Below, piece after piece: positions 19,166 through 29,662 of a DNA stretch of 64,000 nt (its first letter is position 1; each line of letters begins with the position of its first letter). This DNA is from a virus. The notes beneath the pieces are model-generated. The model was given only the letters and a program-made list of their open reading frames with translations, was not told the origin of the DNA and ran no database searches. The position numbers and the translations under genes were made by a program. The stretch lies in IMG/VR virus record IMGVR_UViG_3300020198_000006, positions 1 to 64,000 of that record, one strand, 5' to 3'.

Positions 19166-20001
19166 TGATTAATTTTAATCGAATATTATCTAATCTTCTT
19201 ATGGAAGCTCCACTTGGTAGTAAAAGGGATAGATTAATTCGTGCAATTAAAAATCGTAACCCCGTTTCTTTTTATTATAATGGTAAGAAGGGTGAAGTTT
19301 TACCGGGTAGAAGAATTAAAGCTGAGATAGTTGCTTTAGGTGTTACTAAAAAAGGAAATGTTGCTGTTAGGGGTTGGGTACAACCACCATCAGTATCTAA
19401 AAAAGGTTTTCGTGAACATGGATGGAGATTGTTTATTATAAACAATATGTCAGGTATTCAAGTATATGAAGACGAAACTTTTGAAACTAAAAGACCATGG
19501 TTAAATGATAGTGGGGATAAAAGTTTAACTGCTGTTTACGCCACAAGCGATTGGGGAATAACATCTAAACCAAAACAAGTGGAACCACAACGACCAACCA
19601 CTCCAACCCCAACACCTCAAAAACCTGAGATTAAACAAGAATTACCCCAACCAAAACAAGACGATAAACCAACTCAAACACCTGAACCTGAAATCAATTT
19701 TGCTGGTCAAGTTTATGATGAATTAAAAAGTAAGATTCAAGATGTTGGGGGGCAAAAACAAATTACTCCCGATGAATTTTCAAAATCACTTGATGTGTTA
19801 AGAAAAAAGAAAATACAGGATTGGTCAAATAGACAAAGAGAATTAGGCGCCAATACAAATCCGGGTGAAGGTACACGTAGAAGAATAGAAAAAGATGCTG
19901 AGGTTGAGTTATATGATGAATTGAAACAGAACAATGTAATCGTTGCTCTTTCACAATTACAAGAATCAATAAGTAGAATAAGAGCTTTAATGTTCTTTTA
20001 A
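19165..20001 (+). CDS. WYL-like domain protein with Pro-rich linker
   Basis: LIRAIKNRNPVSFYY...R...VALG......VRGW...GWRLF..NM matches the WYL core pattern. Confidence 0.65.
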   Translation: MINFNRILSNLLMEAPLGSKRDRLIRAIKNRNPVSFYYNGKKGEVLPGRRIKAEIVALGVTKKGNVAVRGWVQPPSVSKKGFREHGWRLFIINNMSGIQVYEDETFETKRPWLNDSGDKSLTAVYATSDWGITSKPKQVEPQRPTTPTPTPQKPEIKQELPQPKQDDKPTQTPEPEINFAGQVYDELKSKIQDVGGQKQITPDEFSKSLDVLRKKKIQDWSNRQRELGANTNPGEGTRRRIEKDAEVELYDELKQNNVIVALSQLQESISRIRALMFF

Positions 20002-20030
20002 AAATATTTATATTTTAAAAAACAATTAAT

Positions 20031-20597
20031 ATGTCAGGAAAAGGAGTAATATCACAAAATGAATTAATGCAGAAATTGGTTCAAGCTAAAAAAGTAATGA
20101 ATAAAGTTGATGTGGGGAATTTTGAAAGAGGTTACGTCAATGAAGCACTATTAAGGTCAAACCCTGAAGATATCAAATCTACCGATGTTGATGTACCATC
20201 ACCAAAACAAAAAACATTTTCACATAACCCAAATAAGATTATGGAGTCAAAATTGCCAGATGTGGTTAAAAAGGCGATGATTGACCACCCAATTTCTCAG
20301 ATTAGTTTAAGTGATTCACTCGATTTAGATTTTGTCAACAAGACAAAAAAATTAATGGAAGCTGAAGGGGTATCGTCTAAACCAAAACAATCCGTATCAA
20401 AATCTTCATCATCATCAAACGTTGATATGAAAGAGATTGCAATCATAATTGAGAATACTGTTCGTAAAGTATTAGATGAGAAGCTGAATCAATTATTAAC
20501 TGCCCAACAGACACTTTCAATTAATGAAAATTTAGTTTTAAAAGTTGGTGATTCCATATTCAAGGGTAAAATTACTGGAGTAAATAAACCCAAGTAA
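20031..20597 (+). CDS. Hypothetical late protein
   Basis: 188-aa ORF, SKLPDVVKKAMIDHPI; late promoter at 20005. Confidence 0.6.
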   Translation: MSGKGVISQNELMQKLVQAKKVMNKVDVGNFERGYVNEALLRSNPEDIKSTDVDVPSPKQKTFSHNPNKIMESKLPDVVKKAMIDHPISQISLSDSLDLDFVNKTKKLMEAEGVSSKPKQSVSKSSSSSNVDMKEIAIIIENTVRKVLDEKLNQLLTAQQTLSINENLVLKVGDSIFKGKITGVNKPK

Positions 20598-20651
20598 CAT
20601 TTGGTTTTTTAAATTTTTTTCCTTATTATTTAAGACATACAAGTGTATTGA

Positions 20652-21872
20652 ATGTCAAAAATTAGAATATTAGCAATACCACCGGACAAATTTGGTGTGG
20701 GTAAATATAGAATATTAGACCCATTTAAATATATCGGAGAACACCATGGAGATGAATTCCACATTGACATTACCATGAACGCGGACGATAATGATGAATA
20801 TTTTAAAAACTACGATATTGTTGTTTTTCATAGTTTTATTCATCAAATGTCACTTGAAAAAAATATTGATAGAATCAACAAATTAAAATCACAAGGGATT
20901 AAGGTTGTCATGGATATCGACGACTATTGGTCTGTTGACCATAGACACCCTATGTATCACCAAATTAAATCAAACGAAATACCAAGAAAAAAAGTAGAGA
21001 TGATGAAGTTATCTGATTGGGTAACTTGTACTACTGAAATTTTTGAAAAGTCAATTCGTTCAAAAGCCGGAGTTAAAAACGTGGTTACATTTCCAAATGC
21101 GGTCAACCCTAATGAATCTCAATTTCAACCCAATCCGGTTGAGTCTGATAAAATTAGATTTGGGTGGTTAGGAGGTTCAACACATTTACATGATATTAGT
21201 TTAATGTCATCAGGAATTTCTTCTGTCCTTGGTCAAACCAATAACACTCAATTTGTTCTGTGTGGGTTTGATTTAAGAGGTAATATAACCGAAATTAACC
21301 CAATAACAAAAGAACAAAGAGCTCGACCCATACAACCAATGGAAACTGTTTGGTATAAGTATGAAGAGATTTTTACAGACAAGTATCAGTTTGTTGATGA
21401 GGATTATAAAAACTATCTATTAACTTTTACTGAAACAGAATTTAATACTTCTGATAGAAGATATAGAAGAGTATGGACTCAACCTGTGAGCAAATACGCC
21501 TCAAACTACAATCTTTTTGATATTTCATTAGCACCATTAGTTCCAAGTGAATTTAATGCCAATAAATCACAATTAAAAGTGATTGAAGCGGGATTTCATA
21601 AAAAGGCATTAATTGCTAGTGATACCCAACCTTATACCCTTGATTTAATTGGAGCAATAGAATATGGTGGTAAGTTTAATGACAAAGGAAATTGTTTATT
21701 AGTTTCCCCAAATAAAAATCACAAACAATGGTTCCAACACATGAAAAGATTAGTCGACAATCCTAACATGATTGAAGACTTAGGGAATAAACTTTACGAA
21801 ACTGTCAAAGACAGATATTCATTAAAAAATGTTTCTAAAAATAGAACAGAATTTTTCAAATCAATAATTTAA
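20652..21872 (+). CDS. Glycosyltransferase (GT-B, GT4-like)
   Basis: GVGKYRI, VVMDIDDYW, RFGWLGGSTH, DISLAPL...FNANKSQLKVIEAG. Confidence 0.85.
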   Translation: MSKIRILAIPPDKFGVGKYRILDPFKYIGEHHGDEFHIDITMNADDNDEYFKNYDIVVFHSFIHQMSLEKNIDRINKLKSQGIKVVMDIDDYWSVDHRHPMYHQIKSNEIPRKKVEMMKLSDWVTCTTEIFEKSIRSKAGVKNVVTFPNAVNPNESQFQPNPVESDKIRFGWLGGSTHLHDISLMSSGISSVLGQTNNTQFVLCGFDLRGNITEINPITKEQRARPIQPMETVWYKYEEIFTDKYQFVDEDYKNYLLTFTETEFNTSDRRYRRVWTQPVSKYASNYNLFDISLAPLVPSEFNANKSQLKVIEAGFHKKALIASDTQPYTLDLIGAIEYGGKFNDKGNCLLVSPNKNHKQWFQHMKRLVDNPNMIEDLGNKLYETVKDRYSLKNVSKNRTEFFKSII

Positions 21873-21884
21873 AAACCAAAAAAT

Positions 21885-22115
21885 ATGCATTATTTAGTAA
21901 CAGTAGGTTACGAGTTAGAACAACTCGACCGAAACGGAAATCCAAGACTTCAAAAAGTTAAGTACATTGTTGACGCAGAATCGGTTGAGGCGGCAACAAT
22001 TGTTATTTCAAAATATAGAGCCGGAGACACTCGAGGTAGTGAAAGTTTGGCAATTGTTAAAATGCCGATTGAATGTATCATTAACAAGAATAGCACCCCC
22101 CAATATTATAAATAA
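21885..22115 (+). CDS. Small hypothetical protein (DUF4494-like)
   Basis: G......KYIVDAESVEAA pattern; operon position. Confidence 0.5.
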   Translation: MHYLVTVGYELEQLDRNGNPRLQKVKYIVDAESVEAATIVISKYRAGDTRGSESLAIVKMPIECIINKNSTPQYYK

Positions 22116-22121
22116 ATTTTT

Positions 22122-22346
22122 ATGCAATTTCACAGCAAAGACGTTCAGATTCTCAGACAATCTCAAATTAAACTTGTATTGGAGTATTTTAATTCTATTG
22201 GGTTAACAGTGACAGTTGAGGAATTACAAAGGGTTACCGATGTATTTGTTGAATGTTGTTTAAGACCTGCCGATGATGATTTAAAAAATAGAATTAAATC
22301 ACTCGATAAGTGGGTGTCTGATAAACTATCAGAAAAAAATGGATAA
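22122..22346 (+). CDS. Hypothetical protein
   Basis: 74-aa ORF in a tightly packed operon. Confidence 0.6.
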   Translation: MQFHSKDVQILRQSQIKLVLEYFNSIGLTVTVEELQRVTDVFVECCLRPADDDLKNRIKSLDKWVSDKLSEKNG

Positions 22347-22929
22347 AAAAGAAATTGACGATTACATTAAGAGGCTCGAATCAATTGAAAAGGAATTGAT
22401 GTCGGATGACCCTGAATTATCTGTTATAGGTGATTTAAATAAGTTGTTGTCATCATTAGATACCGAAGTATCGACCGAAATAAACTTTGTGCCGCTAGAA
22501 ATTAAAATAAAGAAACTTAATCCGACCGCCACAATCCCTACTTACGCTAAACTTGGTGATGCCGGTATGGACTTGACAATAACAAGTATCATATCAGAAA
22601 CAACAACCGACGTATCGTATGGATTTGGTATTGCTTTAGAAATACCAAATGGGTATATTGGATTGTTTTTTCCCCGTTCATCGATTAGAAAATACGATTT
22701 GACGTTAACAAATTGTGTTGGTGTAATTGATAGTGGTTATAGAGGTGAACTTCAAGCAACGTTTAAAAAGACAAATTGGTTAAAGGGGGATTCTTCCGAA
22801 AAATATAATGTGGGAGATAAGTGCGCACAGATAATCATAATTCCGTATCCACAAGTAAAATTTACAGAAGTTAATGAACTTTCATCAAGTGAAAGAAGTG
22901 TGGGTGGATTTGGTTCGACCGGAAAATAA
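22339..22929 (+). CDS. dut: dUTP diphosphatase (trimeric)
   Basis: GDAGMDL, PRSS, GVIDSGYRGE, AQ, R..GGFGSTG. Confidence 0.95.
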   Translation: MDKKEIDDYIKRLESIEKELMSDDPELSVIGDLNKLLSSLDTEVSTEINFVPLEIKIKKLNPTATIPTYAKLGDAGMDLTITSIISETTTDVSYGFGIALEIPNGYIGLFFPRSSIRKYDLTLTNCVGVIDSGYRGELQATFKKTNWLKGDSSEKYNVGDKCAQIIIIPYPQVKFTEVNELSSSERSVGGFGSTGK

Positions 22930-22951
22930 ACATATTATTAAAAAATAAATA

Positions 22952-23683
22952 TTGAAAAGAGCAACTTCGAAATCGGGAACCACAAAAACGGGTACATTAA
23001 TCGATGAAAATAAATTAATAAAGAAAGATAGAATTAGAGAAATCATTAGACAACCAAAAGAAAAGTTCTTAACTAAAAACCAAGAACAATATTGGAAAAT
23101 TTTAGGCGAAAATGAAATTACTCTTTGTTCTGGCCCCGCGGGTGTAGGTAAATCGTATATCGCAATGAAGCGTGCGGTTGATTTATTATGGGACGATAAT
23201 AATAGGTTTGAAAAAATTATAATTGTACGACCAGCGGTTGAGGCCGAAGAAAAACTTGGTTCACTGCCGGGTAACTTAGAAGAAAAACTTGACCCATACA
23301 TTTATCCATCTTATTATCTTTTAAATAAAATTGTAGGTAAAGAATCCAGAGAAAGATTAAAAGAAGGGGGGTTTATTGAAATTGCCGCTTTAGCATATAT
23401 GAGAGGATGGAATATTGATAATACCATTCTTGTATTTGAAGAAGCACAAAACACAACCACCGCTCAAATGAAACTTCTTCTAACAAGAATAGGATTTAAC
23501 TCTAAATTTTTCATTTCCGGCGATTTAGAACAATCAGACAAATTCAAAGACAAAACAAAAACAGGTTTGTACGACGCAAAAATTCGTTTACAGGACATTA
23601 AAAATGTAGGAATTTTTGAATTTGACAATAAGGATATTGTTAGAAATCCGATTATATCGGAGATATTAAAAAGGTACGATTAA
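22952..23683 (+). CDS. phoH: PhoH-family ATPase
   Basis: GPAGVGKS, RPAVEA.EKLGSLPG, AYMRG, EEAQN, LTRIG, GDLEQSD, DIVRNP. Confidence 0.95.
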   Translation: MKRATSKSGTTKTGTLIDENKLIKKDRIREIIRQPKEKFLTKNQEQYWKILGENEITLCSGPAGVGKSYIAMKRAVDLLWDDNNRFEKIIIVRPAVEAEEKLGSLPGNLEEKLDPYIYPSYYLLNKIVGKESRERLKEGGFIEIAALAYMRGWNIDNTILVFEEAQNTTTAQMKLLLTRIGFNSKFFISGDLEQSDKFKDKTKTGLYDAKIRLQDIKNVGIFEFDNKDIVRNPIISEILKRYD

Positions 23684-23722
23684 TCCTTTACTTATAACAT
23701 TTTTAAAATTATATTTCCAAAT

Positions 23723-24400
23723 ATGGAAGTATTCGTGAGCATTGATGGTGTTCTAAGGAACATCATTCAAAAGTTTGATTATCACTACAAAGATTATTTT
23801 TTTAATACAGAAACCGAAAATGAAGAATCTTTTGATTATGGTGTTAAAGAACCAATTTTAAATGATAATATTTTAGACTCTTATAAATTTCAATCATACG
23901 ATGAATTTATTAAGTTCTTATATTTTGATTTCCCTATTGAAATTTTTGGTCACGCGGGTTTAAGTTATAATCAAGCTGCGACAGAATTAAACACATTAAT
24001 ATTTGAAAATTTAAACATAACATTTACATTAGTTGGATTGAATGAAAGGGGTAAGGCGAAACCCTCAACCCTTTTCTTTTTGTCACGAAATGGTATCATA
24101 TGTGATAATGTAAAATTTTCTAATCTTGATGAAATTAAAAAATTATGGAAAGAATGTGATGTATGGATTACCGATGATAAAAGAGTAGTAGATTCTTGCC
24201 CAACAAGTAAAATGGTAATAAAATTCAACACTTCATTTAATAATCACTTTACAAATCCATTGAAAATAAATAAATTATCAGAAATAAAAAAAGAATGGTT
24301 GAAATTTTCGGAAAAAACTATTACATCGACATTGAAGGGATTACTTCAAAATGTCAAACAGGTAATGCGGTTCAAAATGAAGATGGAAGTAAAAGCTTAG
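23723..24400 (+). CDS. HAD-fold 5'(3')-deoxyribonucleotidase-like protein with altered motif I
   Basis: VSIDGVLRN (first Asp replaced by Ser), CDVWITDD. Confidence 0.55.
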   Translation: MEVFVSIDGVLRNIIQKFDYHYKDYFFNTETENEESFDYGVKEPILNDNILDSYKFQSYDEFIKFLYFDFPIEIFGHAGLSYNQAATELNTLIFENLNITFTLVGLNERGKAKPSTLFFLSRNGIICDNVKFSNLDEIKKLWKECDVWITDDKRVVDSCPTSKMVIKFNTSFNNHFTNPLKINKLSEIKKEWLKFSEKTITSTLKGLLQNVKQVMRFKMKMEVKA

Positions 24401-24576
24401 AGGTAAATCTTTTTAAATACGAAACCATAAAATTATGTGTAGAAAGAATATTAAACGAAATACAAGAAATTGACGAAGAAATGGGTCCATTTGGGCAAGG
24501 TGATTTGTCAGTATCATTTAAAATAGCCTTTAACACACTAATAAAATACAAAATCTTGATAGAAGAAGATGAATAA
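24295..24576 (+). CDS. Hypothetical protein
   Basis: 93-aa ORF coupled to the next gene. Confidence 0.6.
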   Translation: MVEIFGKNYYIDIEGITSKCQTGNAVQNEDGSKSLEVNLFKYETIKLCVERILNEIQEIDEEMGPFGQGDLSVSFKIAFNTLIKYKILIEEDE

Positions 24577-25636
24577 TAAAGAAAACTTAGAAAAATTAGA
24601 ATCTTCATTGAGTAATTTAAACTCAAATGAACATGTGATTTATTTTTTGACTTATGACACAAAAAATAATCCAAGAGCGGGAATTAAACATATCTATGAT
24701 ATGGCTTTAACTTTAAAAGAAAACGGCAATGATGTGAAAATATTGGTGGAGGATAAAACCTACACAGGTGTTAAAGGGTGGTTAGGAGATAAATACGATT
24801 CTATCGATGTTGTTACCATCAAAGACGATAGAGTTGAAATAAAAATCGAGGACATCGTTGTAATTCCTGAATATTACTCAAACGCATTGGAGAATCTATC
24901 AAACATTAGATGTGTAAAAGTGATGTTAGTTCAACAAAAAGAACTAATATTTGAAACATTACCTATTGGTAGTAAGTGGGGTGATTACGGATTTGATAAA
25001 GCAATAACAACCACAGTTAATGCTAAAGAATACATCAATGATTATTTTAAAGATGTCAACGTTTTCATAATTCCACCAATGATTGGAGACCATTTTGTAC
25101 CATCTACAAAATTAACTAAACCAACAATTGCCATTTCTTGTAGAGACAGGTCAATTAATAAGAAATTAATCTCTGAATTTTACATTAAACATCCTCATTT
25201 AAGATGGATTAACTTCAAAGATATGAATCAAATTACATATGAAGATTTTCCTTCTGTGTTAAACAAGTGTATGGTGTCTGTATGGGTAGATGATGACTCT
25301 ACTTTTGGTACATTTCCATTGGAGTCCATGAAATGTGGAGTACCGGTAGTTGGTAAAATTCCAAAAACCGACCCAGATTGGATTGGTGAAAATGGAATGT
25401 GGACATATGATGAATCTAAGATTACTGAAATCCTTGGAAAATTTGTTATGGCTTGGTTAGAAGGGGTTGAACTATCTGATGAGGTAAAAGAGAAAATGAG
25501 AGATACCCTTTTACCATATGATTCTGAAATTACTAAGAAAAATATCATTACAATATTTGATTCTTTCAAAAATAACAGAATTGCAACTATTGAAAAAGCA
25601 TTAGAAAAATTAAATAAAGAAGAGGTTACATTATGA
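24569..25636 (+). CDS. Glycosyltransferase-like protein (GT-B, GT4-like)
   Basis: AGIKHIY..A..L, DIVVIPE, STFGTFPLESMKCGVPVVG (GT4 E/xxFG.P.LEAM.CG.PV motif). Confidence 0.75.
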   Translation: MNNKENLEKLESSLSNLNSNEHVIYFLTYDTKNNPRAGIKHIYDMALTLKENGNDVKILVEDKTYTGVKGWLGDKYDSIDVVTIKDDRVEIKIEDIVVIPEYYSNALENLSNIRCVKVMLVQQKELIFETLPIGSKWGDYGFDKAITTTVNAKEYINDYFKDVNVFIIPPMIGDHFVPSTKLTKPTIAISCRDRSINKKLISEFYIKHPHLRWINFKDMNQITYEDFPSVLNKCMVSVWVDDDSTFGTFPLESMKCGVPVVGKIPKTDPDWIGENGMWTYDESKITEILGKFVMAWLEGVELSDEVKEKMRDTLLPYDSEITKKNIITIFDSFKNNRIATIEKALEKLNKEEVTL

Positions 25637-26412
25637 AAAATATAACAATAATTCTACCCATTCACCTATGGGATGATGACCATAAAATAATGTTTGAGAA
25701 CTCGGTAAAATCTGTTGGGGAGTTTTCAAATGACGTTAAATTACTAATTGTTGGACCCAAAAAGGTGGTTTCTAACATTCAGATTGTTTCAGATAAAATA
25801 GAATCTAAAATAATTGAAAATGGTGGCTCTACAGATTTTTGTAGTCAAGTAAACCTCGGTATTGAAAAATGTGATACCGAATGGTTTTCTATTTTAGAAG
25901 TTGACGATGAATTCAAACCAACATGGTTAAAGTCTATGGATGCGTACAGTAAAGAAAACCCTAATGTAGATGTGTTTTTACCTATTGTTAAAGACATCAA
26001 TGTGGAGGGTAAGTTCTTGAGTTATACGAATGAATCTACATGGGCATATGGGTTTACAGACAAACAAGGAATTTTAGATAATGAAGCATTACTCGACTAC
26101 CAAAATTTTCAAATAAGTGGTGGTTTTTATAGAACTTCTGTTATTAAGGAAAATGGTAAATTAAAAGAAAATATCAAATTAACTTTTGGGTATGAATTTC
26201 TTCTAAGATTAACACACAACAATGTTGTAGTTATGACCGTACCAAAAGTGGGATACCAACACGTTAACTTCAGAGAAAACTCATTATTTTGGTTATACAA
26301 GAATGACGATTCGATGAAAATGTCAGAAGGCGAGGTTAAATTCTGGCTTGAGACTGCTAAGAAAGAATTCTTCTTTAAAAATAAACGCGACGTAAAATAT
26401 GTACTAAGCTAA
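25633..26412 (+). CDS. Glycosyltransferase (GT-A, GT2-like)
   Basis: ITIILPIH, QVNLGI, EWFSILEVDD, YEFLLRL. Confidence 0.75.
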   Translation: MKNITIILPIHLWDDDHKIMFENSVKSVGEFSNDVKLLIVGPKKVVSNIQIVSDKIESKIIENGGSTDFCSQVNLGIEKCDTEWFSILEVDDEFKPTWLKSMDAYSKENPNVDVFLPIVKDINVEGKFLSYTNESTWAYGFTDKQGILDNEALLDYQNFQISGGFYRTSVIKENGKLKENIKLTFGYEFLLRLTHNNVVVMTVPKVGYQHVNFRENSLFWLYKNDDSMKMSEGEVKFWLETAKKEFFFKNKRDVKYVLS

Positions 26413-26413
26413 T

Positions 26414-27112
26414 ATGCCCCGTAAAAGAACCCAAAAAATATATTTTGGGGAGGAGCAAGAACAAGCGGTAGTCCGATACTTACAATCAGACTCCGAATCA
26501 GAAAAGAACAAGATATTCAATGAATATTTAAGAGAACCTCTCATCATAATGGTTGAATCAATTATTCGACGTTATAAATTATATAGAAAAGACTTTGAAT
26601 TTGTAGATATCCACGCGGATACGATGTCGTTTTTGATTACTAAAATTAACAAATTCGACCATACAAAAAACCATAAAGCGTACTCCTATTTTGGTACAAT
26701 TTGTAAGAATTATCTTATGGGCGCTATTCAAAAAGACGCAAAGGAAATGAATAGAAGTGTATCCTATGATGATATATCGTCAGACTTGGAAGAAAGCACC
26801 GCACATTCATACACCATAGACGAGGCCCACATAGACTATAGAGACGTTATAATCAAGTTTACCATAGAAATGGAGGAATTTATGGAGGTGGAAGATTTAT
26901 CCGAAAACGAACAAAAATTAGGTTTTGCATTACTTGAAATATTTGGAAACTTTGAAAAGATATTCCAAATTGGTGACGGTAACAAATTCAATAAAAACCT
27001 AATTCTTTTGTCATTAAGGGAGATGACTTCACTTTCAACCAAAGAAATAAGAATTTCCATGAGAAAGTACAAAAAACTATATGAGTGGATAATCTTCAAG
27101 CTCATAAATTAA
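26414..27112 (+). CDS. Phage late sigma factor (T4 gp55-like)
   Basis: KFDHTKNHKAYSYFGTICKNYL resembles sigma region 2 of gp55 (FD..K...FAYFTQI). Confidence 0.7.
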   Translation: MPRKRTQKIYFGEEQEQAVVRYLQSDSESEKNKIFNEYLREPLIIMVESIIRRYKLYRKDFEFVDIHADTMSFLITKINKFDHTKNHKAYSYFGTICKNYLMGAIQKDAKEMNRSVSYDDISSDLEESTAHSYTIDEAHIDYRDVIIKFTIEMEEFMEVEDLSENEQKLGFALLEIFGNFEKIFQIGDGNKFNKNLILLSLREMTSLSTKEIRISMRKYKKLYEWIIFKLIN

Positions 27113-27133
27113 CAAATTATCTATTTATAGAGT

Positions 27134-27511
27134 ATGAGAGAAAAAAAGAATATAATATCTCTTGACACGGATTCGGCTCTTGCACTTATGCAAGAAATCT
27201 ATAATGATGTTGTAGAACAAAAGAATACCGCCTCAATGATTACAAAGAAGATGTTGACATTCATGAAAGACGCTGAAGATATGAGTGTTATTGGTCCCGT
27301 AATTAAAGAACAACAAAAGATATTAAACGATTGTACCGAAAAGAAAATTTCATTGGTCAAACTTCAGAGTGCCCTACTTAAGCAAACCCTAGGTTCAGGT
27401 TCCGGTGTCGGAGGTGGTAAATTACAACTAACCGACGAGGATAGAGTTTTGTTAGAGAAGTTAATGGACGACTCTGACGAAAACCCCAAACCCGGAATCT
27501 ATAAAACCTAA
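27134..27511 (+). CDS. Hypothetical helical late protein (possible terminase small subunit)
   Basis: 125-aa all-helical ORF, late promoter at 27122; TerS call is a guess from size and pattern. Confidence 0.4.
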   Translation: MREKKNIISLDTDSALALMQEIYNDVVEQKNTASMITKKMLTFMKDAEDMSVIGPVIKEQQKILNDCTEKKISLVKLQSALLKQTLGSGSGVGGGKLQLTDEDRVLLEKLMDDSDENPKPGIYKT

Positions 27512-29460
27512 TGAGTAAGTTAAAAAATACCAAAAAGAGGCTTCAATCAAAAATTGAAGCAATTAAAAAGATTAACGACGACCCAAAGGGGTTTACGGAT
27601 ATTGTTGCGGATAAGTATCTAAAAAATATCCCATCAACAAATGATTTTGTAGGTAAAAAACTTGACGCATTAAAAAATAAAAGAGCCCAAAAAAAGGAGA
27701 ATAAAAAAGATATTTTTGAGGAACTTTTAGATGTTGTTGAACAATTTTTAGGGGTAGACAAGAAAAATTCTGAATCAGAAGCCAATGTTGTACAATCGGG
27801 TACAACCACAAACCCTGAAAAAAATAAAACAAAGAAAAGGGTAAAGCAACACGCACTCTCATCAGTAGAAAAAACATTAGATTCTGCAAAAGATATTGTT
27901 GTTAAAAGATTAAGTGAGGCCCTTTTTATGGGTGACGGAATTTGTGGTAGTAATGGTACATTAACCGGTGACACAATAAATTTAAAACCCGAAGAATTTG
28001 ATTTTCTTGATATTCTTACTATGGACCCCACAAGTCCATGCGGTCAAATTATATATGAACCAAAGAATCCGGATAGAAACAAACAAAAGGTAAACAGAGA
28101 ATTATATAAAATATTTAGCGGAGGTTCATATACATTCACTTCAAATAATAATACTTCATTATTCAATGCAAGTTGGAGTAGTGCGAATCAACATTATGTA
28201 ATTACAGGTCTAACTCAAGGAAATACTAACGGAATTAAAGTTCAAAACTTTATTTCGGATTATTATTCATCTATTGAATTTCCCGAGCTAAATGACATTG
28301 CAAAGACTGCAATGTTACTTACAATACAGGGCGGTCAAAAATGCGGTAAAACAAAAAAATACGAAGCATCTATAAATAATATTGATAGATTATTAAAAAA
28401 ATTATTATCAATATGTGGTTCAGAGAATAACAAAGATGACTTAAAAAAACAAAACGCGGTTGACATGTTCGACCAAAGTGAAGAAAATATTGAGTTTTAC
28501 TTTGATTTTGACGATGTTGAAGGGATTGACTTAGATGATGAAGATTTGAGATATAGAAGAGTTCTTAGATTTAAAGATTGTTATAATTTTGAAATGGAGG
28601 TCGATGATACTCATATTGAAGACTTTATATATCTCACAAAAAATAAAGATATTAAAAAGGCGATTGATGATTCTCTTAATAAAGTAGCTGCTGACGCAAG
28701 TGAACAATCTGGATTGTCGTTATCCATATCAGAGCTATTAAATAGTTTACTTAATAGTTTCATTTTAAGTTTACCAAAGGCAATAATTATGGCTGTTTTA
28801 TCGGCTAAATTATTTTTACCTCTGATAATTTTATACAAATATTTCAAAACACTCGCATTAAATGTTGTTGTAAACATTAAAGAATTAGTTAAGAAATTCT
28901 ATAAGGCAGTTTATTTTATTATTAAAGATTTATTTTGGTTGTTTATTACCGAATTTTGGAGACTTATTAAAATTGATTTAATTGCGTTTGTAACAAGATT
29001 GGTTAGAAAAATATTAAAAGAAAAATATAAAAGATATCTTTTAATCGTTTCTTCGTTACTTGCTCTTTTAAGAAAAGCTAAGGAAACCGAAATAGATAAT
29101 TGTTATACTATTTTTCAAACAATACTAAACACCGTCACAACCGCATTGAATGGAAAAACACCATTTGATATTGCATCATTTTTATTATTAGCATCAGACC
29201 AAGCGTCAGGTTTTAGTAAAGAGAGGGCGTTTGTAAATATTAGTGAAAAAATGGCGGCTGCGGGTATCCCAACAGGACCAATATTTGGTGAGGATAATGA
29301 TTTTATGACAGCCATTAAGAATGTAATTGATGGGTACTCCGAAGAAGAAGACGCAAATTCATTTGTCAAGATTGTACTTAAAGGAGGTGTACTACCAGGA
29401 CCAACGGGTGGTGCGGTAATTCCACCCGGAATAATCTCAGGTGTGGGTAAAAAGATTTAA
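27511..29460 (+). CDS. Large probable virion/baseplate protein
   Basis: 649-aa ORF upstream of gp5-like gene; hydrophobic central segment. Confidence 0.55.
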   Translation: MSKLKNTKKRLQSKIEAIKKINDDPKGFTDIVADKYLKNIPSTNDFVGKKLDALKNKRAQKKENKKDIFEELLDVVEQFLGVDKKNSESEANVVQSGTTTNPEKNKTKKRVKQHALSSVEKTLDSAKDIVVKRLSEALFMGDGICGSNGTLTGDTINLKPEEFDFLDILTMDPTSPCGQIIYEPKNPDRNKQKVNRELYKIFSGGSYTFTSNNNTSLFNASWSSANQHYVITGLTQGNTNGIKVQNFISDYYSSIEFPELNDIAKTAMLLTIQGGQKCGKTKKYEASINNIDRLLKKLLSICGSENNKDDLKKQNAVDMFDQSEENIEFYFDFDDVEGIDLDDEDLRYRRVLRFKDCYNFEMEVDDTHIEDFIYLTKNKDIKKAIDDSLNKVAADASEQSGLSLSISELLNSLLNSFILSLPKAIIMAVLSAKLFLPLIILYKYFKTLALNVVVNIKELVKKFYKAVYFIIKDLFWLFITEFWRLIKIDLIAFVTRLVRKILKEKYKRYLLIVSSLLALLRKAKETEIDNCYTIFQTILNTVTTALNGKTPFDIASFLLLASDQASGFSKERAFVNISEKMAAAGIPTGPIFGEDNDFMTAIKNVIDGYSEEEDANSFVKIVLKGGVLPGPTGGAVIPPGIISGVGKKI

Positions 29461-29461
29461 T

Positions 29462-29662
29462 ATGGAAAAAGAAAAGATTTTAGAGATTGTTGAAAACGTT
29501 AAGAACAAATCTAACAAAGATTTATTTGATGCGGAATCTTCTCTTTTTGATGAATACGAAAAGACGAAAGAGGTTGTGGTTGCACTAACAAAACATATGG
29601 ATATTATTGAAGATTTACATGGTAAAATTGTTGAAGAAATAGAAAAAAGAAAGGCGTTATGA
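29462..29662 (+). CDS. Small coiled-coil hypothetical protein
   Basis: ATG at 29462 right after the upstream stop; overlaps next start. Confidence 0.6.
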   Translation: MEKEKILEIVENVKNKSNKDLFDAESSLFDEYEKTKEVVVALTKHMDIIEDLHGKIVEEIEKRKAL

